NCBI GenBank assembly: GCA_049515895.1
Contig: JBEKTQ010000013.1
Coordinates: 1-64,000 of the forward strand
Source: Candidatus Bathyarchaeia archaeon
GTDB lineage: Archaea; Thermoproteota; Bathyarchaeia; Bathyarchaeales; Bathycorpusculaceae
Length of the DNA: 64,000 nucleotides
Direction: 5' to 3'
Positions within the stretch are counted from its first letter, which is position 1, and each line of letters opens with the position of its first letter. Positions 49,245-58,438 of the stretch are shown here, in pieces. The notes under the pieces are model-generated. The model ran no database searches, was not told where the DNA came from, and worked only from the letters and a program-made list of their open reading frames with translations. The position numbers and the translations under genes are program-made.

Positions 49245-50159
49245 CTAAATGCCACCTAAAATCAGTCCTATTGCAAAACTAAGCAGCGGCGCTATTACCC
49301 AGCTTAACACTATCACGAGAAACGGTTTAAGCGAAACAAACTTGGATTTGTAGGATATACCAGCCCCGAAAACCGCTGCCGAAAGAGCCTGTGTGTTAGA
49401 CAGCGGAATATTCAACAATGTAGCCGCTTCCACAAGAATCGTTGAAGTCAAAAGAGTCGCCGTCGCATTTGGGTACCGCATCAAAAAGAGTTCCTCCGAA
49501 ACTCGGCGAATCTCTCCGGCACTCAAAAAAAAGGCGCCGACAAAGATTGCAACAACCACTAACGCAACCGTTGAAGAGTTAAAGCCTCCAGTTGCAACTA
49601 TCAAACCGAGGGTATTTGCGCCCAGCACATATGAGGTCGAAAGAGCTAAAACTATCAGCAAGACCTTGTAAATCTGCAATCTGTGCCAAAAGTTCTTCGG
49701 CCTGCTTCTATTCAAGATTCTGATGATGTAAAACGACAAGGCTATGGCAAATATCGGAGCCACAACCCACATGACTACAACCGCAGCCACGTAGCCGCCG
49801 CTCCTTAATGCGCCCTCCGCCACTGACAAGCCGGCAAGCACTCCGACAAGTGACATACTAACGGACATTGGCGCCCTAATCAAGTCGGCGATAACAAAGA
49901 TTAGTATGGCAACTAGCAAGGCTTCGACCCGAAACTGCATGGCACCGCTTGGCAACAACGTGTTAACGGTTTTCGTCATTCCCGCGCCTTGAATTAGAAG
50001 TCCGAAGGAGAATCCGAGCGCCCCAAGCAGCATTCCTAACCTTTTACTTATTATTCTGGAGCCCACGGCGGGGCCAACGCAGGCGGACAGATTGTTGCCT
50101 GAAACCAGCATAACCGCAATAAAAGTCAGTAAAAAGAGAGCAATGGAAAGCCATAGCAT
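49245..50159 (-). CDS. PiT-family inorganic phosphate transporter
   Basis: SGNNLS..VG and LGANTLG repeats, PLSNTQ, SWVIAP. Confidence 0.85.
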   Translation of the reverse strand: MLWLSIALFLLTFIAVMLVSGNNLSACVGPAVGSRIISKRLGMLLGALGFSFGLLIQGAGMTKTVNTLLPSGAMQFRVEALLVAILIFVIADLIRAPMSVSMSLVGVLAGLSVAEGALRSGGYVAAVVVMWVVAPIFAIALSFYIIRILNRSRPKNFWHRLQIYKVLLIVLALSTSYVLGANTLGLIVATGGFNSSTVALVVVAIFVGAFFLSAGEIRRVSEELFLMRYPNATATLLTSTILVEAATLLNIPLSNTQALSAAVFGAGISYKSKFVSLKPFLVIVLSWVIAPLLSFAIGLILGGI

Positions 50160-50166
50160 TTGCGGG

Positions 50167-50859
50167 TCACTTAAGGATGGAAGTTACGACTGAAACTATT
50201 AGGTCGGAAAAGTCTTCGCATGAATCAAGTATGTCGTCGCATTTATGCAGAAGTTCCTGGTAATGGTTGAATTCTAAATAATGAAGTTTCGGCGTAATAC
50301 TGTAAAGCCTGTCGAATCCCAAATCTTTTATTTCGTCACCATTTTCCTCCAACGTCTCAATTTCTTTTCTAAGAGCCAAAATCTCCGCGATGTTGGACGA
50401 AGAGAGCAACTGCTTAAGTTTCAAGTGCGAATTCGATCCGAGCACCAACAGGTTTTCATATACAGAATCCCAGTCGGCGTGGTGCATCTCAAAATCTGAA
50501 GAGTAGGCTTTCGCCATTCTGGCAAGCTCTCGCACGATGTAATAGTAGGTGTCAACTGTGTCGTCGGCGGTCTGCACCGATTCTAGAAGGCTGTCGATAA
50601 CGTTGGGACTAATGGCGCCTCCCGTGATGTCTTCGCTAATTTTGAAGGCTATTTCATCGGATTTCTTTTCAAGCACCTGTACAGCATGCAAGGATTCGGT
50701 TAATTCTTTTTGCATGTAATTCATCTTGAACATGTCTGACACAATTTTGTTGCATTCGGAGGCGATATCCACGATTTGTGACAGCTCACTAAAAATGTTC
50801 TTTTCTCCAACAACCAAGATGCCTTTGATGCTTCTCAACTGAAACGCCTCTCTTAACAC
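50167..50859 (-). CDS. DUF47 / PhoU-like phosphate transport regulator
   Basis: LEKKSDE...DDTVD / LEENGDE...DDILDSCED repeats; next to PiT. Confidence 0.85.
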   Translation of the reverse strand: MLREAFQLRSIKGILVVGEKNIFSELSQIVDIASECNKIVSDMFKMNYMQKELTESLHAVQVLEKKSDEIAFKISEDITGGAISPNVIDSLLESVQTADDTVDTYYYIVRELARMAKAYSSDFEMHHADWDSVYENLLVLGSNSHLKLKQLLSSSNIAEILALRKEIETLEENGDEIKDLGFDRLYSITPKLHYLEFNHYQELLHKCDDILDSCEDFSDLIVSVVTSILK

Positions 50860-50970
50860 ATTAAAAGGTAAGTCATATTAAACTTTACAATTCTCAAAGA
50901 ATCACTTAAACCCGCAAAAAGTTAGCTCTGAGCCTGAAAAGTCTCCGTTAGGAAGCTTAGATGATTGAAG

Positions 50971-51411
50971 TTAAATCACTTTGCTGTATTCTTTTACAGC
51001 GTTGAGTGCGACCAGTGTCGTGGTTCTTTTGATGAATCGTTCAGTTAAAAGCTTTTTCAAAAAATCGTTAAGGCTCGGGTTATCTTGGAATTTGGCAAAG
51101 ACCACTGCATCGTATTCTCCAGTTATATCATACACGGACAGCACATTGCCTTCTTTAGCTATTTCGTCTTCAACTTCCCGAATGTGTCCTCCCTCGATCT
51201 GAATCATAATTATGGCTGTAAGAGCAAATCCCATTTTCGCTGAGTCAACAATGGGGACGTACCCGAGGATTATGCCTTTGTGTTCAAGGGCTTCAAGATG
51301 TTTATGTAAAATGTTTGGAGTTACCCCGACTCTTTGGGCTAACTTACGTAAGCTTGAACGTGAATCGTCTTCCAGTGCTCGTATTATTTGCATATCGAGA
51401 GAGTCTGACAT
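50971..51411 (-). CDS. Full-length Lrp/AsnC transcriptional regulator
   Basis: DSLDMQIIRALEDDSRSSLRKLAQRVGV HTH plus YDITGEYD RAM domain. Confidence 0.92.
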   Translation of the reverse strand: MSDSLDMQIIRALEDDSRSSLRKLAQRVGVTPNILHKHLEALEHKGIILGYVPIVDSAKMGFALTAIIMIQIEGGHIREVEDEIAKEGNVLSVYDITGEYDAVVFAKFQDNPSLNDFLKKLLTERFIKRTTTLVALNAVKEYSKVI

Positions 51412-51765
51412 GTTCTTTGGGTTTTTTTTGGGTTTTAAGCCCAAATTTCTCACGCCCCAATCGTTTGTTTGACGTTTGTTTAGTAAATCAAGGAATATAT
51501 AAACATCACCGCAAAGAAATTGGAATAATGTAAACATCAGTTGGAGCGACAGCCAAGAAAAATAGACAATCGATGTATGAATACTTAACGAATGTGCAAG
51601 TTATCAAAATTACGCCGGTTCACCAGATTAGACATAGGATAATGCGATGATTAGCAAGGCAACGGCCGTGCTGCTGCAATGCCCAGTTCCATGCACAGAA
51701 TAACTTAATAACACCTGCCGCTAAGTAGGATAACCTGTTCAACCCCTAAAGATTGTTTAAAACTG

Positions 51766-53271
51766 ATGGTTTGCATGGCAAATAACAGTGTAGATGTGGT
51801 TTTAACCGCTGACAGAACCCTTATGAGCAACTACCACGGCAACGAGTTCCTAGGGTTCGGCACCTGCGCTCCATCAAACTTCATCCCGGATGTACTCTAC
51901 AGCTACTTATTTTTTCCACCCATAAGCACAAACAAGGGGTTGCCGACCGCTGCACCATACGGCCTGAGAAAAATTGAAGCTCAACTGCTAAAAGAAGGCT
52001 TCAACGTTTTAACAGTCAGCCCGCAGCACCTTCGAAAATACCTTAAAAGCGCAAAAGTCATCGGCATCCACACAATGGATCCATTTGGCTTCGGTCCCGC
52101 TTCAACCACTCTAGCCTCGCTTTTCCAAAAAGAACCCTTCTTAGCAAGACACTTCCACGGATTAGTCACCAGCCCCATCATTAGAGAAGCAAAACGAAAC
52201 GGAGCAAAAGTCATAGTAGGCGGTCCCGGTGCATGGCAATTCCGCTATAGACCTCAGCTTGTGGAGAAAAAAGTTGTTGACTGCATTGTGGAAGGGGAAG
52301 CCGAAAATGTTATCGGAAAACTTTTCAAAGCCGCAATAAATGGCGAGCCGCTGCCACCTCACTTCGAAGTTGCAGCCAAAGACGCCCCCAAGTTGGAGGA
52401 AATACCTGACATCGTGCGTCCGTCTGTAAACGGCTTAGTTGAGCTTGGAAGAGGCTGCTGTAGAGGATGCGAATTCTGCAACGTTACGCTTAGACCTCTG
52501 CGCTGGTACCCCCTTGACAAAATAGTACGAGAAGTAGCCGTCAATGTGGAAGTAGGCAAACAAAGAGTTATCTGTCTACATTCTGAAGACGTTATGCTAT
52601 ACGGTTCACAAAGCGCCGTGCCAGACGACGAAAAACTTGTGAAGCTCCACGAGACGGTGATGAGCAAAGTGAACACAATAAGTTGGAGCCATTGTTCGCT
52701 CGCAGCCGTAGCTTCAAAACCGCAGCTTGTCGCTAAACTTTCAGACATAATACTTCAAAAGCAAGCTTGGTGGGGAGCTGAAATCGGTCTCGAAACAGGT
52801 TCAGCCCAGCTTGCCAAAAAAATCATGCCTGCAAAAGCCTTTCCGTTTAAAGCCGAAGAATGGCCGCAAGTTGCCCGCCAGGGCTTCGGCATAATGCATG
52901 ACAACAAGTTGATCCCTGCTGCAACGCTGATCGTTGGTCTTCCTGAAGAAACAGAAGACGATATTACAAGAACACTGGAGCTACTTGATGACGTTAAAGA
53001 CTGCCGAAGCCTAATTGTGCCTCTATTCTTTGTCCCGCTGGGCAGATTGAAAAACAAGGATTGGTTCAGGGAAACGCAAGTTAGCAAGCTCCATGAGGAA
53101 CTGATGATCGTGTGCGCTGAACACAGCCTTCGCTGGGTAGACAACATTATTGACATGTCATTCATGGATAAGGGGTATCGAGTTCCGCTGAAGCAAGCCT
53201 ACAAGGTTTTCGCGGGATTAACGAGACGCCGAATAAGACAAGTTGAAAGCACAGAATTACCGCAAAAATGA
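51766..53271 (+). CDS. B12-binding-domain radical SAM protein (paralog of 17311..18771)
   Basis: DVVLTADRTLMSNYH, APYGLRK, VELGRGCCRGCEFC. Confidence 0.88.
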   Translation: MVCMANNSVDVVLTADRTLMSNYHGNEFLGFGTCAPSNFIPDVLYSYLFFPPISTNKGLPTAAPYGLRKIEAQLLKEGFNVLTVSPQHLRKYLKSAKVIGIHTMDPFGFGPASTTLASLFQKEPFLARHFHGLVTSPIIREAKRNGAKVIVGGPGAWQFRYRPQLVEKKVVDCIVEGEAENVIGKLFKAAINGEPLPPHFEVAAKDAPKLEEIPDIVRPSVNGLVELGRGCCRGCEFCNVTLRPLRWYPLDKIVREVAVNVEVGKQRVICLHSEDVMLYGSQSAVPDDEKLVKLHETVMSKVNTISWSHCSLAAVASKPQLVAKLSDIILQKQAWWGAEIGLETGSAQLAKKIMPAKAFPFKAEEWPQVARQGFGIMHDNKLIPAATLIVGLPEETEDDITRTLELLDDVKDCRSLIVPLFFVPLGRLKNKDWFRETQVSKLHEELMIVCAEHSLRWVDNIIDMSFMDKGYRVPLKQAYKVFAGLTRRRIRQVESTELPQK

Positions 53272-53407
53272 GCTCTCCTCCTATTTCATTAAAATCATTA
53301 AAATCTTACCATGGACATTTTGTTCGAGGACTTTGTTGAATTTGCCTAAATCGCACTCGCAACTTTAATAATTTCATTTTTATTTAGTTTAGCCTGAGGC
53401 GCAATGA

Positions 53408-54118
53408 ATGGCAACTAATTCCAGCGAAAAAGTTGAAGACAAAAGAAACGTTAAAGTGCTCAAGAATGGGCCATATTTCGTTTCAGGAGCTCTCCCCTTG
53501 TACCCCATGACCATAGAGTGTGATGGACAGGGAACTCCGATCAAATGGGCAACTGGAAACAAGTTGAGCACCCCGCAAAGTTATATCCTGTGCCGATGCG
53601 GGCAATCAAGCCATAAGCCATTTTGCGATGCCAGCCACGTGAAAGCCAACTTTGACGGAACAGAAACAAGCGCAAACGAATCCTTCGAAAAAATAGCACA
53701 GGAAATCGACGGTCCAGAATTGAAGCTCAAAGATGCTGTAATGCTTTGTGCTTCAGCCCGTTTTTGTCATAGGGGAGGAGACATCTGGGATGTGATACAC
53801 CGCACAGACATGCCCGAATCAAGGAAAAACGCCATCGAAAACTCCTGCGATTGCCCATCTGGCAGGTTAGTCGTCTATGACAAGAAAACTGGGGCGAAAA
53901 TTGAACCCACATTGGATAAGTCAATCGGCGTAATTGAAGATCCCGGCATAGGAACAGGGGGACCCTATTGGATTCGGGGCGGAATTCCAGTTTACTCCGC
54001 TGATGGGAAACTCTATGAGACGCGAAACCGCATGACACTTTGCCGCTGCGGGAAATCGCAAAATAAACCGTTTTGTGACAGCAGCCATTATCCAGAAGAG
54101 GACCGAGAGGTGAAATGA
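53408..54118 (+). CDS. CDGSH iron-sulfur domain protein (two CDGSH-like domains around a divergent 4Fe-4S domain)
   Basis: LCRCGQSSHKPFCDASH, CASARFC...CPSG, LCRCGKSQNKPFCDSSH. Confidence 0.9.
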   Translation: MATNSSEKVEDKRNVKVLKNGPYFVSGALPLYPMTIECDGQGTPIKWATGNKLSTPQSYILCRCGQSSHKPFCDASHVKANFDGTETSANESFEKIAQEIDGPELKLKDAVMLCASARFCHRGGDIWDVIHRTDMPESRKNAIENSCDCPSGRLVVYDKKTGAKIEPTLDKSIGVIEDPGIGTGGPYWIRGGIPVYSADGKLYETRNRMTLCRCGKSQNKPFCDSSHYPEEDREVK

Positions 54119-54424
54119 ATGGCCGATGACAGCCTTGAGCGGAATTTAGAGTCTAAGGAAAAAGCGTTTGTGCTTTTTTACGCTTCATGGTGCCATTTTT
54201 CACAGCAGTTCCTGCCGATATTCAAGGAGTACGCAAGAAACCATCCTGATGAATGCGTTAGCGTTTTGATTGATGATAAACCAGATTTATGCGACAAATA
54301 CTCCATCGACTACTACCCTACGGTGCTGCTTTTCAAAAAAGGCAAAGTAGACAAGCGCCTTGACGCTGAGCCAGGCGAAGGACTAACAAAGAAGCAGCTA
54401 ATGCAACTCGCAGAGAATCCGTGA
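54119..54424 (+). CDS. Thioredoxin-like protein (CxxS)
   Basis: FYASWCHFS, YSIDYYPT. Confidence 0.85.
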   Translation: MADDSLERNLESKEKAFVLFYASWCHFSQQFLPIFKEYARNHPDECVSVLIDDKPDLCDKYSIDYYPTVLLFKKGKVDKRLDAEPGEGLTKKQLMQLAENP

Positions 54425-54531
54425 CCGCCTCTAAAAACAGAACATGCACCCAAACTTTTCTTCACTATTTTTGTCAGTTAATGGAAAAAGCCATATATTC
54501 CGATGGTAAACCATCAGAGAACAGTGACTCG

Positions 54532-55665
54532 ATGTATAGAACTGGCGTAGCCAATTTGCCGCTTCACGGTGGAAAAGCTCCTTCCTGGCTTATAGTGAGA
54601 ATGCGTAAGTTAGCCAAGGAAATCGCCAATATCATGATTGAAGAATATGGCGCAACAACTTTTATTGAACGTTTGTCTGACCCGTTTTGGTTTCAAGCGT
54701 TCGGCTGTGTCTTAGCTTACGACTGGCATAGCAGCGGAGTAACGACCGTAGTTACAGGGATTCTTAAAACTGCATTAACGCCTGAAGAGCACGGCATCGC
54801 TGTTTGCGGGGGCAAAGGCAAAACATCTATAAAAACTCCCAGCGACATCGCTTTGGCAGGAGAAAAGTTTGGTTTTTCAGAGGAAACTGTCAAAACGTTA
54901 ACTTACAGCAGCAAAATGGCGGCGAAAATAGACAACACCGCGATCCAAGCAGGATACCAACTATACCACCATGCCTTCCTAGTCACCAAGGATGAGAAGT
55001 GGGCGGTGATTCAGCAGGGTATGAGCGATCAGGACCACTCAGCTAGACGCTACCATTGGCTGTCCGATAAGGTAACCGATTTTGTTGTTGAACCAGAAAA
55101 CGCCATAGTCGGCGACGTAAAACGGGAAAGTGCCCTGAACATGGTGGCCAAGGACAGCGAAGCTGCAAGAAAAGCATCGGTCGATTTGGCAAAGGAACCC
55201 ACTCGCAAACTTATGAATCTCATCAAATCCGCCGCGAAACCGCTCGATCAAACATCACTGCAAAACTGGCTTCCTAAAACCAGCGACCCATGGCAGCAAA
55301 CCCTAACCAGCCTCAACATGCCCCGCAGCATAAGCTGGGACACAATGAGCCGCGTCTACGAGTTCCAGCCCAAAAACTACGAGGAGCTTTTGAGCTTAAA
55401 AGGCGTTGGCCCTGCCACAGTGCGAGGCTTAGCTCTTGTAGCCGAGTTAGTTTACGGAGAAAAACCCAATTGGGAAGACCCAGTAAAATTCAGCTTCGCG
55501 TACGGCGGAAAAGACGGCGTCCCCTTTCCCGTTGACCGAAAAGCAATGGATCAGTCAATCGAAATTCTTAAAGACGCCTTGCAAGAAGCAAAAATCGGCG
55601 ACAAAGAAAAACTGGGTTCTCTGAAAAGACTAAGGCGGTTTGTTCCCGAAAACGTAAATTCCTAA
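54532..55665 (+). CDS. DUF763 domain protein
   Basis: ANLPLHGGKAP, DPFWFQAFGC, DWHSSG, YGGKDGVPFPV. Confidence 0.9.
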   Translation: MYRTGVANLPLHGGKAPSWLIVRMRKLAKEIANIMIEEYGATTFIERLSDPFWFQAFGCVLAYDWHSSGVTTVVTGILKTALTPEEHGIAVCGGKGKTSIKTPSDIALAGEKFGFSEETVKTLTYSSKMAAKIDNTAIQAGYQLYHHAFLVTKDEKWAVIQQGMSDQDHSARRYHWLSDKVTDFVVEPENAIVGDVKRESALNMVAKDSEAARKASVDLAKEPTRKLMNLIKSAAKPLDQTSLQNWLPKTSDPWQQTLTSLNMPRSISWDTMSRVYEFQPKNYEELLSLKGVGPATVRGLALVAELVYGEKPNWEDPVKFSFAYGGKDGVPFPVDRKAMDQSIEILKDALQEAKIGDKEKLGSLKRLRRFVPENVNS

Positions 55666-55737
55666 GCTTGAACCTTTACGCAAAAACGAATAACTTTTAT
55701 TGTTGCAGTTTCACTTATTTGCTTCGAGCCTATCAGT

Positions 55738-55941
55738 GGGGTCGTAGTCTAGGCAGGTATGACTCTGAGAAGACAAAGAGCTTCTCGGCATCAGGACGGG
55801 CTCCAGAAGCAAGCAACGGGTTTGCTGACTCCGCTCGGAGAATGACGAAGTTCTGGAGCGTGACTAGAGAAACCCGTAAGAAACCGTTTATAGGCGGTTT
55901 CTGGGTAAAGGTCGTCGGTTCAAATCCGGCCGGCCCCACCA
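55738..55941 (+). tRNA. tRNA-Trp(CCA) with three introns (about 25/26, 37/38, 43/44)
   Basis: Acceptor ggggtcg/cggcccc+a+cca, anticodon arm acggg-ctCCAg..a-cccgt, T-arm gtcgg-ttcaaat-ccggc. Inserts at about 55764-55794, 55807-55871 and 55878-55908; the first and third are hairpins with BHB-like junctions. Confidence 0.88.
55807..55871 (+). ncRNA. Intron-encoded C/D-box guide RNA of tRNA-Trp
   Basis: Guide acgggttt then D' ctga; C' atgacga; guide ttctggagc then D-like gtga. Guides are complementary to the pre-tRNA's own aaacccgt and gctccagaa. Confidence 0.8.
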
Positions 55942-56032
55942 AATTCACTTTCTAAGTTTTCACGTTTCAATTTTGACATTAAACATAAATTCGCACAATG
56001 CCAAAACCTCCATAAAAACTGGACTGAATTGA

Positions 56033-56614
56033 ATGCTGACTAAACGTCAATCTGAAATTTTGGGCATTATGTTCGGTGATGGGTCGTTATCTAAAGTGGG
56101 CGGTTCCATTCAGCTAACCATTACCGGTCATAAAGTTGAGGACAAAGAGTATCTGCTTACGCATGTTTGCCCCTTACTTGAACAAGAATTTTCGATAAAA
56201 CTTAGAGTTCGACATAGGCCATGTGAGCAAACCATGGATGTTTACATCTACTCTAAAGAAGTAGCCATGGTTCTTGCTAGCTGGGGAATGCCATTAGGAC
56301 TGAAGAACGCTGGCACCTTGCAACCAGCCGTCGAACTAAGTAAGAAAGAATTTGTTCGAGGGCTCTTTGATACAGACGGTTGTATCTATCGTAAATACAA
56401 CAATTACAAACAAGTTCAATTCAAAGGTTCTTCACTAACGCTAATACAATATGCTAATGAAGCTCTGAGGAATCTGGGTTTTCGTCCGTCGAAAATAACA
56501 AACGATGATACTAGATATAAATTCTATCTTTCCAGGCAGAATGAAGTTAACTTGTTTTTCAAATCTATAGCTCCTGCAAACAACAAGCATCTTAATCGAT
56601 ACAAGGCTATTTGA
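56033..56614 (+). CDS. Free-standing double-motif LAGLIDADG endonuclease
   Basis: ILGIMFGDGS and FVRGLFDTDGC motifs. Confidence 0.88.
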   Translation: MLTKRQSEILGIMFGDGSLSKVGGSIQLTITGHKVEDKEYLLTHVCPLLEQEFSIKLRVRHRPCEQTMDVYIYSKEVAMVLASWGMPLGLKNAGTLQPAVELSKKEFVRGLFDTDGCIYRKYNNYKQVQFKGSSLTLIQYANEALRNLGFRPSKITNDDTRYKFYLSRQNEVNLFFKSIAPANNKHLNRYKAI

Positions 56615-56655
56615 TAGGAACTATTCATGAAAGCCAACACTCACCGATTAGAAAT

Positions 56656-56766
56656 CTCCGCGAGGAGTATGACGAATTTTCCGAGCGCTCATAGAGAAAC
56701 CCGCAAAGATCGGCTTGCGCCGTTCTTGGGTAAAGGTCGTCGGTTCAAATCCGGTCTGACCCCCCA
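56656..56766 (+). pseudogene. Diverged copy of the 3' half of the tRNA-Trp gene, including parts of introns 2 and 3
   Basis: Collinear with 55830-55938; shares atgacgaa, tagagaaacccg and tgggtaaaggtcgtcggttcaaatccgg. Confidence 0.85.
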
Positions 56767-56923
56767 AACTGCAACACAGAGGAGCATGAGAGAGATGAAG
56801 AGGATGCTGGCAGAGGTTGGCGGCGGAAGACATCTTGGAAGCGGCCATGATAAGATTTGATAAAATTGTTAGTCAAATAATCTTAAGAGCAGCTTACGAA
56901 ATAACTAGCACAAGAGGGGTTTC

Positions 56924-58438
56924 ATGAAAAGGCTGTTGACCGCGTTTGCGATGATTCTTCTCTTCAGTGGGATATTGATAGCTTGTGTTGCGCGACTTGG
57001 TGCCGCGGAAAGTGGTACGGTGTTCAACGGAATAATAAGTTCGAACACCATATGGAACGCCGCAGGCAGCCCCTACAGCTTCAACGGTCCAGTGGCAGTA
57101 GCTCCCGGCACAACTCTGGCGATTGAACCGGGCGTCATAGTAAACATGAACAACTACTATTTCCAAGTAAACGGCACCTTGGTCGCACAAGGCACCAACA
57201 CCAACCCGATCACCTTTAACTGCAACTTCCCCGCCAGACCAACCTTCCTAACTTCGCCAACTCAAATCAGCAGCTACATTAGCTTCAACCAGTTAAGCTA
57301 CATTAAAGATTTCCTCGGGTCAGGGTCCATAATACAAAACGCAATTCTCAACTGCAACGTATACATCTACAACGTTACCGTAAAGATAGACCAAGATACT
57401 ATCTGGGGAATCGAATGCCATGGAGGCTCATCAACGGTTTCAAACAGCCAAATCACTGGCGGCTTAGGCATCATGGGAGGTTCTCCCACCGTTTCCGGCA
57501 ACCACATTTCTGGCGGCAGCGGCATTTACTGGGTTGGAAGAGACGACGACAGGGACAACGATGTCGTTGCTATAGAAGATGAGAGCTCGCCGCTGATAAA
57601 CAACAACGTTATTACCGGCAACGCTGTGGGCATAGGCTTCGACGCTGGCGATGACGGCTCCAACAACAACTACAATGCAGTAATTACTGGTAACTTGATT
57701 TATGGTGGCATTGTCGGAATCGCAATAGGGGGCGGCACGGGACAAGTCCTAATCTCAGACAACACAATTTACTACTGCACAACGGGCATCAGCACTTACG
57801 ACTCAGGCGCAGGAGGCATCCAAAACGACAACACCGTCGCAGCAACCATCGAAAGAAACCTCATCAGCAACGCAACAAACGGAATCCAAATCGCCACCGC
57901 AAACTCAATCCAAGACAACACAATCACCAATAACACGGTCGGAATCATAGCAAGTTCACCCTCAACAATCCTATACAACAACATCCAAGGAAACATGCAA
58001 AGTGTCAGCTTAGCATCCGCAAACAATCTTAATGCAACCTACAATTGGTGGGGAACCACTGACACCCAAACGATAAACCAAACAATCCACGATTCCAAAA
58101 ACAACTTCAACTTAGGAACCGTAGATTTTGTTCCCCTCCTCAACTCACCTAACGCCCGGGCAACACCAAACATTAGCCACACGGCACCCACCCCCACAGC
58201 GTCACCTGTGGGCCCAACACCAACCCCACCTCTCGTCTCAACATCAACAAACGCCACACCGAACACTACTCCAACTCCGACGCCTACGCCGACATCCTCG
58301 GAAAATCCCGTCACATCGAACCCAACCTATTCTGAGATCTATGTCATCCTAATTGTGCTCCTCGTTGTCTTTGCTACTGCATTTGTGGCTGTGATGGCAA
58401 TCCTTATGCGTGAAAGAAGACGGAGCAGTCACCTATGA
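56924..58438 (+). CDS. Right-handed parallel beta-helix (NosD/pectin-lyase-like) surface protein
   Basis: Signal peptide, NxIxxNxxGI repeats, ATYNWWG, P/T linker, C-terminal TM. Confidence 0.85.
   Translation: MKRLLTAFAMILLFSGILIACVARLGAAESGTVFNGIISSNTIWNAAGSPYSFNGPVAVAPGTTLAIEPGVIVNMNNYYFQVNGTLVAQGTNTNPITFNCNFPARPTFLTSPTQISSYISFNQLSYIKDFLGSGSIIQNAILNCNVYIYNVTVKIDQDTIWGIECHGGSSTVSNSQITGGLGIMGGSPTVSGNHISGGSGIYWVGRDDDRDNDVVAIEDESSPLINNNVITGNAVGIGFDAGDDGSNNNYNAVITGNLIYGGIVGIAIGGGTGQVLISDNTIYYCTTGISTYDSGAGGIQNDNTVAATIERNLISNATNGIQIATANSIQDNTITNNTVGIIASSPSTILYNNIQGNMQSVSLASANNLNATYNWWGTTDTQTINQTIHDSKNNFNLGTVDFVPLLNSPNARATPNISHTAPTPTASPVGPTPTPPLVSTSTNATPNTTPTPTPTPTSSENPVTSNPTYSEIYVILIVLLVVFATAFVAVMAILMRERRRSSHL

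Noticed and set aside
55668-56860. ORFs 55668..55955, 55733..55948, 56627..56860 and 56648..56848
   Set aside because: They overlap the tRNA-Trp gene and its duplicate; their mutual similarity just reflects the tRNA repeat
57100-58350. AAC-rich, A/C-skewed DNA as a diversity-generating retroelement target
   Set aside because: Explained by Asn/Thr/Pro-rich beta-helix and linker coding; no reverse transcriptase or template repeat
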